Below are positions 18,342-27,301 of a stretch of 55,015 bases of DNA, piece after piece. The DNA lies in the IMG/VR virus record IMGVR_UViG_3300047483_000184, positions 1 to 55,015 of that record; one strand, 5' to 3'. Both the position numbers and the translations under genes were made by a program. This stretch comes from a virus (Duplodnaviria; Caudoviricetes). The first letter of the stretch is position 1. Every line of letters begins with the position of its first letter. The notes beneath the pieces were generated by a model. That model saw only the letters and a program-made list of their open reading frames with translations. It did not search any database and was not told the origin of the DNA.

Positions 18342-19622
18342 TTATCTTCCGTATTTTATAATACCCATAAGCTGATTGATGGCAGCAAATGTTCCAGTAA
18401 GCTTAAATAATTTACCTTTATATTGAAAAACTAAACCTTCTGAAGGTACAATAGATTCAATACCACCAATAGAATCTAACCTAGCTAATTCCTTTTCTAC
18501 TTTAGCCAATTGGGTTAAATCACCGTTTTGTTTGATTTTATCAGCTTCTGTTTTAATTTGTGTATGTAGCCTTTGCATTTCTTGCGCTGGATTAGCAACT
18601 AAAAGATTAGAAACATTCTTTAAAACAACTGAACCTAATTCTAAGAATAAGTTTTCAAATGGTAAAATGTTTTCTTTAAACTTTTTAACTGAATCTTCTT
18701 TGTCGAATTTTTGAAAAGCTTTGTATTCAGCTGGATCCATTTTCTTTGCAAGATCTCTAATATTTAAAGTTTTCTTGTCATTAAAAGCCCATCTTTGTAC
18801 TAAACCTGCTTTATCGATCTCGTCTAATTTAGAAAAATCTTTATCAATAAGTTCTTTCCACCACATTTCGTGATATTTAGAAACTGGTTCTGTATCTTGT
18901 AAATTATATCTCTTTTGTAAAACTTGTACTTTATTTAAGAAATAGCCTTTCTTTTCTTCAAAATCAATTGATTTTCCTATTTGTAATTCTTGGGGTGGAA
19001 TTATTTCAAATGTTTTTTGTATGTGTGTATTAACTGCTTTTAAAGCATTTGCTATTTTACCAGCTAATTTAGAATCTGAACCTGTTTGGTTACCTTCTCC
19101 ATCAGTATGAACCATTCCGTGAAATTGAATAACGTCTTTACCATAAGCAATTACGTTTGAGTTTCCAGAATAAATTAATTCCATATTCATAAATGAAGTA
19201 CCTTCGTTAAAATCTTCTTGATCCTTCTTAGATAATGATTGTAACGCACTGGCTAAATCTTGCGCTGCGAACGTAAATGTATCTCTAACGCCGTCAGACG
19301 GATGGTCCTGAAACATCTGTGTGATTCCGCTAAGGTCTAATGGTTGTTTCATCTGCCCTTTATTTCTAGCAAACATAGCTTGACCATTTTTAACTGTAAC
19401 AAATATGTTTTGTCCATCTGTTTTTTCAGTTGGAGCTGCTTCGAAATCTAAACGACCTTCTAATGCACCGTCAATAATATGTTTGATTTCACCGAATGTA
19501 AGAGTTTCATCATCAAATGGATGCATCATGTGTCCTGCTGCTCCACCTTCTAAGATAATGTCTGGATATTGTTGGTTCCATTTTTCAATAAGGAACTCTG
19601 TATAATTTAAAAGTGCTTTCAT
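18342..19622 (-). CDS. RNA-ligase-fold (covalent nucleotidyltransferase) protein, DUF6267-like
   Basis: LEGGAAGHMMHP, motif I TEKTDG, MEL, motif IV SEGLV and motif V FKLTG; N-terminal LNYTEFLIEK. Confidence 0.65.
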   Translation of the reverse strand: MKALLNYTEFLIEKWNQQYPDIILEGGAAGHMMHPFDDETLTFGEIKHIIDGALEGRLDFEAAPTEKTDGQNIFVTVKNGQAMFARNKGQMKQPLDLSGITQMFQDHPSDGVRDTFTFAAQDLASALQSLSKKDQEDFNEGTSFMNMELIYSGNSNVIAYGKDVIQFHGMVHTDGEGNQTGSDSKLAGKIANALKAVNTHIQKTFEIIPPQELQIGKSIDFEEKKGYFLNKVQVLQKRYNLQDTEPVSKYHEMWWKELIDKDFSKLDEIDKAGLVQRWAFNDKKTLNIRDLAKKMDPAEYKAFQKFDKEDSVKKFKENILPFENLFLELGSVVLKNVSNLLVANPAQEMQRLHTQIKTEADKIKQNGDLTQLAKVEKELARLDSIGGIESIVPSEGLVFQYKGKLFKLTGTFAAINQLMGIIKYGR

Positions 19623-19636
19623 ATTAAAAGAAAAGT

Positions 19637-19664
19637 AAAAGACCCAAATCGATTGGGTCTTTTT
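19637..19664 (-). terminator. Intrinsic terminator
   Basis: aaaagacccaa-atcga-ttgggtcttttt. Confidence 0.75.
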
Positions 19665-19682
19665 AATTTTAGATATTTTAGT

Positions 19683-20120
19683 TTAAAGATTCTCTTCGAT
19701 ATAATCTGCTAAATCTTCATCATCCCATCCATATTCACCATCTGCTAAAACTACTTTAAGATCTTTAACATCTCCTGTTAATCTAACTTCAGGATAACCA
19801 GACGGTCCCTTTTTGTTAATTACTTCCATAGAAACATTGTGTTTCTTTAATAATTTGCCTAAGTTTTTATCCTTAGGATCTACTGCGTCTACTTCAACTG
19901 TAGCTTCGTTAGTAACTGATTCTCCTAAAGAACTTGTTAACATTCCGATAGCTGCGCCGTAATCTCCGTCAACTTTACCAAGAATTCCTTTGATTACATC
20001 ATCTGCTTTAGCTTCATCAAAATCATCTTTGAATGCATCTTTTAAAACTGTCATTGCATATTCTTTAAATTGATCATCTGACTTGATGTCTTCTTCATTG
20101 AATTCTACAGCTTCTTGAAT
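19683..20120 (-). CDS. C-terminal part of an internal head polyprotein, apparently joined to 20105..21967 by a -1 frameshift
   Basis: Frame of the 123-aa ORF is open upstream of its ATG (IQEAVEFNEEDIKSDDQFKEYA-MTVL) as far as the A6 run at 20120-20125. Confidence 0.65.
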   Translation of the reverse strand: MQEAVEFNEEDIKSDDQFKEYAMTVLKDAFKDDFDEAKADDVIKGILGKVDGDYGAAIGMLTSSLGESVTNEATVEVDAVDPKDKNLGKLLKKHNVSMEVINKKGPSGYPEVRLTGDVKDLKVVLADGEYGWDDEDLADYIEENL

Positions 20121-21967
20121 TTTTTAGCAGCTAATTTATCATCTTTCTTTGAAACGTTGTCTGTATAAGAACCATCTCCCCAAAATGCTACAATAGCATT
20201 AGTATCTGCTGTTGAATGAAATCCTGAACCGGCATTAAAAACGTCTACGAATTGTAAACTTTTTTTATTTTTGATTAAGTCTTTTGCAAAATCAATAGCT
20301 TGTTTTTCATTACCGAATTTCTTCATTGCTCTAACACCATCAGAATAATGAACTTCAAAACCTTCATCGACTGAATATAATTTTAAAACCATAGATTCCA
20401 TTGCTAATTCTAAGTCTTTATCTTTATCTGATACGACTGCATCTAATTCAGCTTCTAAAGCTTTCTTTTTAGCTGTCATTTCTTTTAAGGTATTTAATAA
20501 TGCAGTTTTAGCATCTCCTTCAGCCGCTTTCCAACTAGCTGCAGTATCTTTCATTGCGTTAGTAACTTTAGTCCACTCGGTTTGAATCTTATTAATAGAT
20601 CTTGCTTCGTTTACGTCATCGTTTTCAACTGATTCGCTAACAGAATCTTTTAAAGACTTTAATTCTGCTTTTAATTTAGAATCTAAGCTTCTTTCGATAC
20701 CCCAGTTAAATGATGCTTTAACTAACATTTCTAATGGTAAATTACCATTTTTCTTTCCGTATGGAGAAGTTCTAATCCAATCGATAAAATGTTGTGCTAA
20801 TTCTTTTGACATTTTGATACCTTCAGCACTTGAAGAATCGCCATCTACGATACCTTGAAGTAATTTAGTTGCCATTCCATGAGAACCTTCGTTAACTTCT
20901 GATTCGTAAAGACCTTCAAATTTATCATTAATTCTATATGCAATATAACCAATGATTTCGTCTAATTCAAACATTTCATCGCTTAAATCTTCAATTACTA
21001 ATTTTGCGCAATCTAATAAAGCGTTCATTTCTTTGATTGGCACTAATCCGCCCATTCTACTGATAGCAGATCTTGAAACATTATAATTTGCTTCAAACAC
21101 ATCGTCAATTACATCAAATTCAGATGCATTGTCTTCTTTAACTTTGTATGTTTTACCGTCAAATTCAAATTCTTTTTCTCCAGCCTCTTTAGCTTTTGTA
21201 ACTGCTGCACCAAATGCATTACCTTCAGTTAAAAGTGATTCTGCAACTGGCTTTAATTCTTTATCTTCATAAGTGTCAGCCATGTACCATTTACCGTCTC
21301 TTTCGTCGTATAAATAAGCATATTCTGCGCCTGATTGATTTGCAACACCTTTTAAATATTTAGCTACGTTTTTAACGTCGGCTTTAGTAGTCATGTCACC
21401 TTTTTCATTTCTATCTCTTCCGTAAAATAAAGTGATGCCTTTTTCTGGATTACTGAAATCCATTGGTTTATCACCAATTTTAGCATCTAAGTACGAAATA
21501 CCAGCCTTACCCAATTTTAATAATTGATCTACTGATTTTGCGTCTTTATAATTTTTTAACAATGGTACCATATTTTGTGGATAACCATCATAGTGTACAT
21601 AAGTTGATACAATTTTACCAGACTTGTCAATTTTACCAATTTGAGATCTTGTACCTTCGTTGATAACTGCTTCGTTTGTTAATTCTTCACCTTTTTTAGG
21701 ATCTTCTTTTTTAGGCTCACCTAATTTAACAATATCTTTTTCGATTTCTTCTGCTTCATCTTCATTAAAGATTTTAGCAACTAAGGCATTTCTTTTTTCT
21801 TCATCTAATTCTTGTAGTGAAGTAACACCCATTTCTTCAAGAGCTGCACCGATTTTAGATACGATTTCTGCTCTTTTGGCTTTACCTTCTTCGTGAAGTT
21901 GAGCTGCCTTTGTTTGGTTTTTAACCTCAGTAAAGGACTTAAATGATGAAATTTTTTGTACTGACAT
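20105..21967 (-). CDS. Probable internal head polyprotein (contains a YxHxDGYP domain)
   Basis: KISSFKSFTEV N-terminus; sites LTNEA, VINEG, LLTEG, VNEG and VNEA; GTRSQIG..YVHYDGYP..EYAYLY domain; GATATATAA upstream. Confidence 0.65.
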   Translation of the reverse strand: MSVQKISSFKSFTEVKNQTKAAQLHEEGKAKRAEIVSKIGAALEEMGVTSLQELDEEKRNALVAKIFNEDEAEEIEKDIVKLGEPKKEDPKKGEELTNEAVINEGTRSQIGKIDKSGKIVSTYVHYDGYPQNMVPLLKNYKDAKSVDQLLKLGKAGISYLDAKIGDKPMDFSNPEKGITLFYGRDRNEKGDMTTKADVKNVAKYLKGVANQSGAEYAYLYDERDGKWYMADTYEDKELKPVAESLLTEGNAFGAAVTKAKEAGEKEFEFDGKTYKVKEDNASEFDVIDDVFEANYNVSRSAISRMGGLVPIKEMNALLDCAKLVIEDLSDEMFELDEIIGYIAYRINDKFEGLYESEVNEGSHGMATKLLQGIVDGDSSSAEGIKMSKELAQHFIDWIRTSPYGKKNGNLPLEMLVKASFNWGIERSLDSKLKAELKSLKDSVSESVENDDVNEARSINKIQTEWTKVTNAMKDTAASWKAAEGDAKTALLNTLKEMTAKKKALEAELDAVVSDKDKDLELAMESMVLKLYSVDEGFEVHYSDGVRAMKKFGNEKQAIDFAKDLIKNKKSLQFVDVFNAGSGFHSTADTNAIVAFWGDGSYTDNVSKKDDKLAAKKFKKL

Positions 21968-22003
21968 ATTCTTTTTTTATTTTTTAATAAGTTATTATGT
22001 TAA

Positions 22004-23512
22004 TTATATATCTCCTTCAAATTTGACTTTCTTAATATCATATTCAAATTGCTCCTGTCTGTATATACGCTGTCTCTCGAGTGCATGTTTATATAGATAG
22101 TTTTCCCATTCTAAAGTGCATATATTATCTACAAAGTCTATAATAAGTACATCTGTTTTAGATTCATGTTGTCTTAAACCACGACCAATAGACTGTCTAA
22201 TAATTACTTCAGACTTGAATGATTCTGTAAAAAAGATGTTGTGAATTTTCTTAACTGAGATACCTGTCGAGAACGTACCATAAGAAGCTACAATAACGAT
22301 CTCTTCGCCGTTTTCCATCTTCTTTTTATGTTCTTCTCTAATATCAGAGTCTGTTGAGCCATCGACGTAATATACTTTCTTATCGCTATTCTGTCTAAGC
22401 GCGTCGTAAATCTTTTTGCCATGTTCGATTCTGTGGAAAAGTACCAAAGAATTCCTTGGAATTCTGGATATAACAGACACAACAAAATCAAGCCTTGCTT
22501 GATTATTGACAACATAATTTTGTTCAAGTTGAAAAACATCTTTGCTTTCGTATTTATTTTGAGCCAATTCTTGAAAGGCAATTTTAGCTGATTCTGGAGC
22601 ATAGTCCATTTCAATGATTTTAACTTTACATCCTGCAATGTGGCCTTCTTTTTGTAAGAATGAAGCTTTAACTTCAGTAATTACTGGGCCAGTTTGGCTC
22701 ATTAAAGTTAATTTATCAAGTGTTCCATCCTTTGGCAAAGTACCAGAAAGACCGAATTTGTAATGCGCATTTCTACATTTAGCTAAAATGTCTTTAATAG
22801 ATTGTGATTTAGCTTTATGCGTTTCATCGACAATAACAGCGTCGAACTCATCAAAATAATCTTTGTCTTTTTTAACAAGTGACTGATATGTACCTATAAC
22901 TATATTTGCATTTGGTTTTAATTTTTGACCAGCATATATTTGTTGTACTTTAATCTTGATTCTATTTTGCCAGTTATATTCATAAAAATCTTCAGTAGCT
23001 TGAACTACTAAAGATACGTTAGGCACTATAAATAAAATCTTAGTTGCTTTTTGTTTTTCAAGCATATATGAAACGACCATGAAACTAATCATAGTCTTAC
23101 CTGCTGATGTTGCTAATTCAGCTAAACATCTTTTAAATTTAAGTATATTAAAGGCTGCTTCTACTTGATAGTCCCTAGGAACCATCTTTGATCCATTAAA
23201 GAAATCATTAACCCATGCTTCAAAAGATTCCATGGTAATGTTAGGATCAAAAAGTCTTGTGATACCGTTGACTTTTAATTCGAATCTGTATTCTTTGCAA
23301 AGCGTCATGACATATCGCCATAAACCAACTGGGATCCATTTGTCATCTTTTATATAAGAAACATAACCGTCCCATAAGCCTCGCTTTACAAGTGGATTAA
23401 ATCTCCAGCTATCAATTCTTTTTGTTAGTGAAATGTTTAATTGCTCTAACTCAAGTTCATTAGCCTCGTCAATCCTTAAAAATCTGTTATCTTCTGTTAG
23501 GGTTAGAACCAA
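22004..23512 (-). CDS. uvsW: UvsW-like superfamily 2 DNA helicase
   Basis: WDG, PRDYQ, ATSAGKT, VDETH, GLSGT, STGIS and QSIGRGLR; TTG start. Confidence 0.92.
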   Translation of the reverse strand: MVLTLTEDNRFLRIDEANELELEQLNISLTKRIDSWRFNPLVKRGLWDGYVSYIKDDKWIPVGLWRYVMTLCKEYRFELKVNGITRLFDPNITMESFEAWVNDFFNGSKMVPRDYQVEAAFNILKFKRCLAELATSAGKTMISFMVVSYMLEKQKATKILFIVPNVSLVVQATEDFYEYNWQNRIKIKVQQIYAGQKLKPNANIVIGTYQSLVKKDKDYFDEFDAVIVDETHKAKSQSIKDILAKCRNAHYKFGLSGTLPKDGTLDKLTLMSQTGPVITEVKASFLQKEGHIAGCKVKIIEMDYAPESAKIAFQELAQNKYESKDVFQLEQNYVVNNQARLDFVVSVISRIPRNSLVLFHRIEHGKKIYDALRQNSDKKVYYVDGSTDSDIREEHKKKMENGEEIVIVASYGTFSTGISVKKIHNIFFTESFKSEVIIRQSIGRGLRQHESKTDVLIIDFVDNICTLEWENYLYKHALERQRIYRQEQFEYDIKKVKFEGDI

Positions 23513-23528
23513 AACATATTAGATATTT

Positions 23529-23972
23529 TTAAATCTGCTTCATATCCATACGCTGCTTTATTGCAAAGCCCATGTTATCAAGAGTTTTGATAGACGCTGT
23601 TAAAAATTCTTTGTGCGATACTAATAAATCTTGGACTTGTAAGTCTTCAGCCATATCAGCTTCTATGAATTTCTCTCTTTGTTTATCGTTTAATTTGTAT
23701 TCGTATTGGTAATAACGAATCCATGCTTCTTTAAAGTTTTTGTCTACTCTAGCTTTATTAGTTCTGATCTTAGACGAAACAGATGCAATATTTTCAACCA
23801 ATATTTGTCTATAACTTAAAGTATACGAAGCAACTTCATGCAAGTTTTCTCCATGTTTTAAATCTTCCGCTAAATCTTTGATTTTGTTAGTCCACGATAG
23901 TCTTTGTGCTCCAAATAATTCGTCTAATTGTACGACTTTATTAACTACCTTTGATATTGGTGTATCTTGCAT
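23529..23972 (-). CDS. uvsY: UvsY-like recombination mediator
   Basis: Helical 147-aa protein with FIEAD and IKTLDNMGFAIK, adjacent to uvsW as in T4-like phages. Confidence 0.65.
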   Translation of the reverse strand: MQDTPISKVVNKVVQLDELFGAQRLSWTNKIKDLAEDLKHGENLHEVASYTLSYRQILVENIASVSSKIRTNKARVDKNFKEAWIRYYQYEYKLNDKQREKFIEADMAEDLQVQDLLVSHKEFLTASIKTLDNMGFAIKQRMDMKQI

Positions 23973-23982
23973 GTGTTACTTT

Positions 23983-24204
23983 TTAAAATAGTGAGCGCTT
24001 GTTTTTGTCTTCTTTAATATAAACAGATGATTTAATTTTCTGTTTAAACTTTGGTTTAATCTCAAATCCCAAAGCGTTACCGTCATATTGTGTGCTCGTA
24101 GAAGTAAAATCAACAAGAGACTTTAAGCCCTTGCGTTTTTCTCTTTCGTTTTGAAAATCTTCTAGTTCTTCGTCAACCATTTGTAATAATCTTTCTAAAA
24201 TCAT
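23983..24204 (-). CDS. Hypothetical protein
   Basis: 73-aa ORF with ATGA overlap with the primase gene. Confidence 0.55.
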   Translation of the reverse strand: MILERLLQMVDEELEDFQNEREKRKGLKSLVDFTSTSTQYDGNALGFEIKPKFKQKIKSSVYIKEDKNKRSLF

Positions 24205-25277
24205 AAGTAATATGCGTCTAATTGTGAATCACTAAAATATGTTTCTACTTCTTTTAGACACTTGCTCTTTGTTTGAAAAGCAACAATTACCAAGTCATTT
24301 AAGTCTTTTATTTGTTTAGAATATGTATCTAACTTATTTTCGTTTAGAAATTTACTCCAAGTAAATACGCCTTTGCCTTTTTTAAGCTTTTGCATCATTT
24401 TCTTTTTACCTGTTTCATCGTTGTCAAACATATATCTAATGGTTGGTATCTCATCTAATTCTTCAGTGTCTCTGTGAGCTGACGCTAAAGCTAACGAGTT
24501 ATGCATGAATAATCTGTCTAACGGTCCTTCAAAAATGGTAACAGGAATCATCATATTAACTTGCATGATGCCAAATAAGGTTGACATTTTATTAATTGAA
24601 ACTAATTCTTCTTCTGTTAATTCTAAAGGAGTACCTAACCATTCTTTAAGCTTGCTTAAGTCATACGTTAAGTATCTACTATTTGCAGATTTGACCAAAG
24701 TTCTAGATTGCATACCTATAACTTTTTCTTCTGGTCCTATATTTAAAATGTAAAGCCTTTTATCTTTAGGCGAATACATGAAATGTTCTAATTTATTTGA
24801 TAATAATCTCTTTCTTAGATAAAAGAAAGCTGGATCACCTGGCTCGATATCGACAAAACCTAATTTTTGTCTAAGCTCTTGTTTAGTCGGTGCTAATTCT
24901 AATACTTTAGCAAAGGTACCGTGTTGTAAAACTTCTACATCACGAGTTTCTAGCTTATGCTCTTTAACATAATCTATAATTTCAATAGTCTCATCAGTAT
25001 TTAATCTAATACCATGATCCTTTAAAAGTCCATAAACGTCAGTGTGATATGAACAGTTGAAACAGTGATATTGAAGCGTAGCCCAATAAAGATTGCCACG
25101 CTTCTTATTATCATCTGTTGTTGAATCGCCACAATAAGGGCATGCCAGAGTTATTCGCCCTGGCATGTCTTTTAGAGTGTGTTTATTTGGTTGAGCATGT
25201 TCTTTGGTAATAACTTGCTTAACTAATAATTTAATTCTACCTTTAAGTTGTTCTGATATTTTAGATGTCAAGGTCAT
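24201..25277 (-). CDS. DNA primase (T4 gp61-like)
   Basis: Zinc finger CPYCGDS..HCFNC; TOPRIM motifs FEGPLD, FDND and KDLND. Confidence 0.9.
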   Translation of the reverse strand: MTLTSKISEQLKGRIKLLVKQVITKEHAQPNKHTLKDMPGRITLACPYCGDSTTDDNKKRGNLYWATLQYHCFNCSYHTDVYGLLKDHGIRLNTDETIEIIDYVKEHKLETRDVEVLQHGTFAKVLELAPTKQELRQKLGFVDIEPGDPAFFYLRKRLLSNKLEHFMYSPKDKRLYILNIGPEEKVIGMQSRTLVKSANSRYLTYDLSKLKEWLGTPLELTEEELVSINKMSTLFGIMQVNMMIPVTIFEGPLDRLFMHNSLALASAHRDTEELDEIPTIRYMFDNDETGKKKMMQKLKKGKGVFTWSKFLNENKLDTYSKQIKDLNDLVIVAFQTKSKCLKEVETYFSDSQLDAYYL

Positions 25278-26199
25278 TCAAGAATGCATCTAAATCGTCT
25301 GAAGAATCAACACTTGAAGCTGAAGCACTTGTTGCTGGAGCTGATGTAGTATCAAAGTCAAAATCATCTGAACTTTCTTCTACTTGAGCTGCAGCTGGTT
25401 TAGCTTTAGTCGCTGCTTTCTTAGTATTAACAATCTCGTCCATTGCTGAACCTGGATTTAAATACTGACGTAAGATTGAATTAACAAAATCTCTTGCTTC
25501 ATCGTCCCATGGTTTGTACTCATAAGGTTCTAATGATGGCGCTTTGTCTAATTCTGCCTTGATAGTTGACATAACCTCTTTTGTTTTTTCAGCTGTTTTA
25601 CCATCGATGTTGATAGCACTTCTTGAAGCTGAGAATTTAGATTTGTCATAGTTATTGAAGTCACCTTGGCGAGTAATGATCAATTCAAAGTTTTTACCTT
25701 CGAATAAATCGAATACTTGTGTTGGTTCACCGAATGCTGGTTTTAATTCTTCATCAATTTTCTCTTTGATTTTATAACCAAATTTGAAGATTTTGTAAGT
25801 ACCATCATTTTCTGGGAACTGAGGATCTTTGATTACTTTAATAAGAGCGTAATATTGTTCACGTCTTTTTAATTTTTCACTCATTTTACGATCTACTGCT
25901 GAATCAGACTTACGTAGTTTGAAAAATGCATCAGCAATAGGACACTTTTCACCAATAGAAGTTGGAGAGTCAACTAGTTTACCTTCGCCTGAAGCGTCAG
26001 TCAACCAATGTACATACTTTTTAACTAATGAATTACGTGGATTTGCTGGGTTTGGAACAAAACGAATAAGTGCTTTGTAAGTTCCGTCTTTGCCTTGATC
26101 GGCTGTTGGTTTGTAAACATCATTTGTAGATGATGCTGCTGCGGTTTCGTGAGTGTCAACGTCAGTTACACTCAGATTGAAAATGTCAAATTCTGCCAT
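25261..26199 (-). CDS. Single-stranded DNA-binding protein (T4 gp32-like)
   Basis: IRFVP, CPI, FKFGYKI, FDLFEGKNF, NYDKSKF and an acidic tail DDLDAFLNDLDI. Confidence 0.9.
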   Translation of the reverse strand: MAEFDIFNLSVTDVDTHETAAASSTNDVYKPTADQGKDGTYKALIRFVPNPANPRNSLVKKYVHWLTDASGEGKLVDSPTSIGEKCPIADAFFKLRKSDSAVDRKMSEKLKRREQYYALIKVIKDPQFPENDGTYKIFKFGYKIKEKIDEELKPAFGEPTQVFDLFEGKNFELIITRQGDFNNYDKSKFSASRSAINIDGKTAEKTKEVMSTIKAELDKAPSLEPYEYKPWDDEARDFVNSILRQYLNPGSAMDEIVNTKKAATKAKPAAAQVEESSDDFDFDTTSAPATSASASSVDSSDDLDAFLNDLDI

Positions 26200-26281
26200 G
26201 TCTTTAATACTTTAATTACGTTTAAATTGTTTAGTTTACCTCTTCGTGAGGCTGTTTATACCTTTTATATATGATAAAAAA

Positions 26282-26494
26282 TTACTGTTTCAAACTGCCC
26301 ATTGCCAAAACTGAACCATTCACATCTTCGTATACACCGGTTTCTAATTTAGTTAAACCCGATTTAGTTAAGAGATTATCCATTTCTTCTTGAGAAATTT
26401 TATCCATTAACACCATCTTATTTAGTACGTTGTGTAAATCAAAATGATCTGTTGTTGTCATTTCTTGTGTTTGAATATAGTTATTATGAATCAT
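26282..26494 (-). CDS. Hypothetical protein
   Basis: 70-aa ORF with GAAAC-N16-ATATAA upstream. Confidence 0.55.
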   Translation of the reverse strand: MIHNNYIQTQEMTTTDHFDLHNVLNKMVLMDKISQEEMDNLLTKSGLTKLETGVYEDVNGSVLAMGSLKQ

Positions 26495-26643
26495 ATTATC
26501 TTATATATCTCAATGCTTTTTTGTTTCTTTTTAATTTATTTTAAATTATTTTTACTTTTTTTGAAACAAACCGGGGCCAAACCTATATAAGTTAAGTTCT
26601 TTAGCGTCGGTGAAAGGTTATTATGGGAAAGGGTTTAAAAACA

Positions 26644-27291
26644 TCAAAGGGCCCTAAGGTATGACGCTAAAAAATAAGCATCTATAAGATCATCAAAGGG
26701 CTTTGGAACTTTAACGCCAATTTTAAGATTTCTGGCAAAGTCCCACACGGAATTTTCATTTAATAAAGAATCATTAAGTTGGTTTTCAACAAACACATCC
26801 CATAATTCTCTTTTCTTGAGTCTACCATTTCCAGCATGCTTCTTAATTGTAGTGGGAGCAACTGTAACTATATTCACTTCATATTCTCTATAATACAAAA
26901 GAAGAGAATATTTAAAGATAGCAGCCGCTGCAGCTAAATCAATTAAATTATTTGTACCACCTCCACCAGAACCATAAGAAACACCTTCAAACCCAAAAAC
27001 AATAGGTTCATTAAGATCAATGTGCGGTTGAATCATTTCAATCATATCTTTAGCCATGGTTATAAACCTTTTAAGCTTAGATATTTCTTTTTCAGAAAAG
27101 TCTTTTGAAGTTGTAAAAGCGGGTTGTATTTTAAATGATACATCTTTGCATAAAGCAAGTTCTTCATTCATTTTGGTTTCAGCTTTGGTCCCAATTCCAT
27201 CTTTAATATAAGATATAAAGTGAACTGAATCCTTTTTTGAAATTACAATACCAGGAGAATTAAGTGAAAAGTCAATAGCGACTATATTCAT
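26644..27291 (-). CDS. RuvC-like Holliday junction resolvase
   Basis: IVAIDFSLNSPG, FEG, PTTIKK.AG.G and DDLIDAY; likely start ATG at 27291. Confidence 0.8.
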   Translation of the reverse strand: MNIVAIDFSLNSPGIVISKKDSVHFISYIKDGIGTKAETKMNEELALCKDVSFKIQPAFTTSKDFSEKEISKLKRFITMAKDMIEMIQPHIDLNEPIVFGFEGVSYGSGGGGTNNLIDLAAAAAIFKYSLLLYYREYEVNIVTVAPTTIKKHAGNGRLKKRELWDVFVENQLNDSLLNENSVWDFARNLKIGVKVPKPFDDLIDAYFLASYLRAL

Positions 27292-27301
27292 ATTGAGTGT
27301 A

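Noticed and set aside
20105-20107. TAG read-through or alternative genetic code, as in some large Bacteroidota phages
   Set aside because: Long genes are intact under the standard code. Reading through this TAG hits TGA after 17 codons, whereas the -1 frame gives the sensible continuation.
23503-23517. Out-of-frame ATG TTT TGG TTC TAA overlapping the TTG start of uvsW
   Set aside because: It could be a mini-ORF or a one-base homopolymer error, but a TTG start explains the gene without further assumptions.
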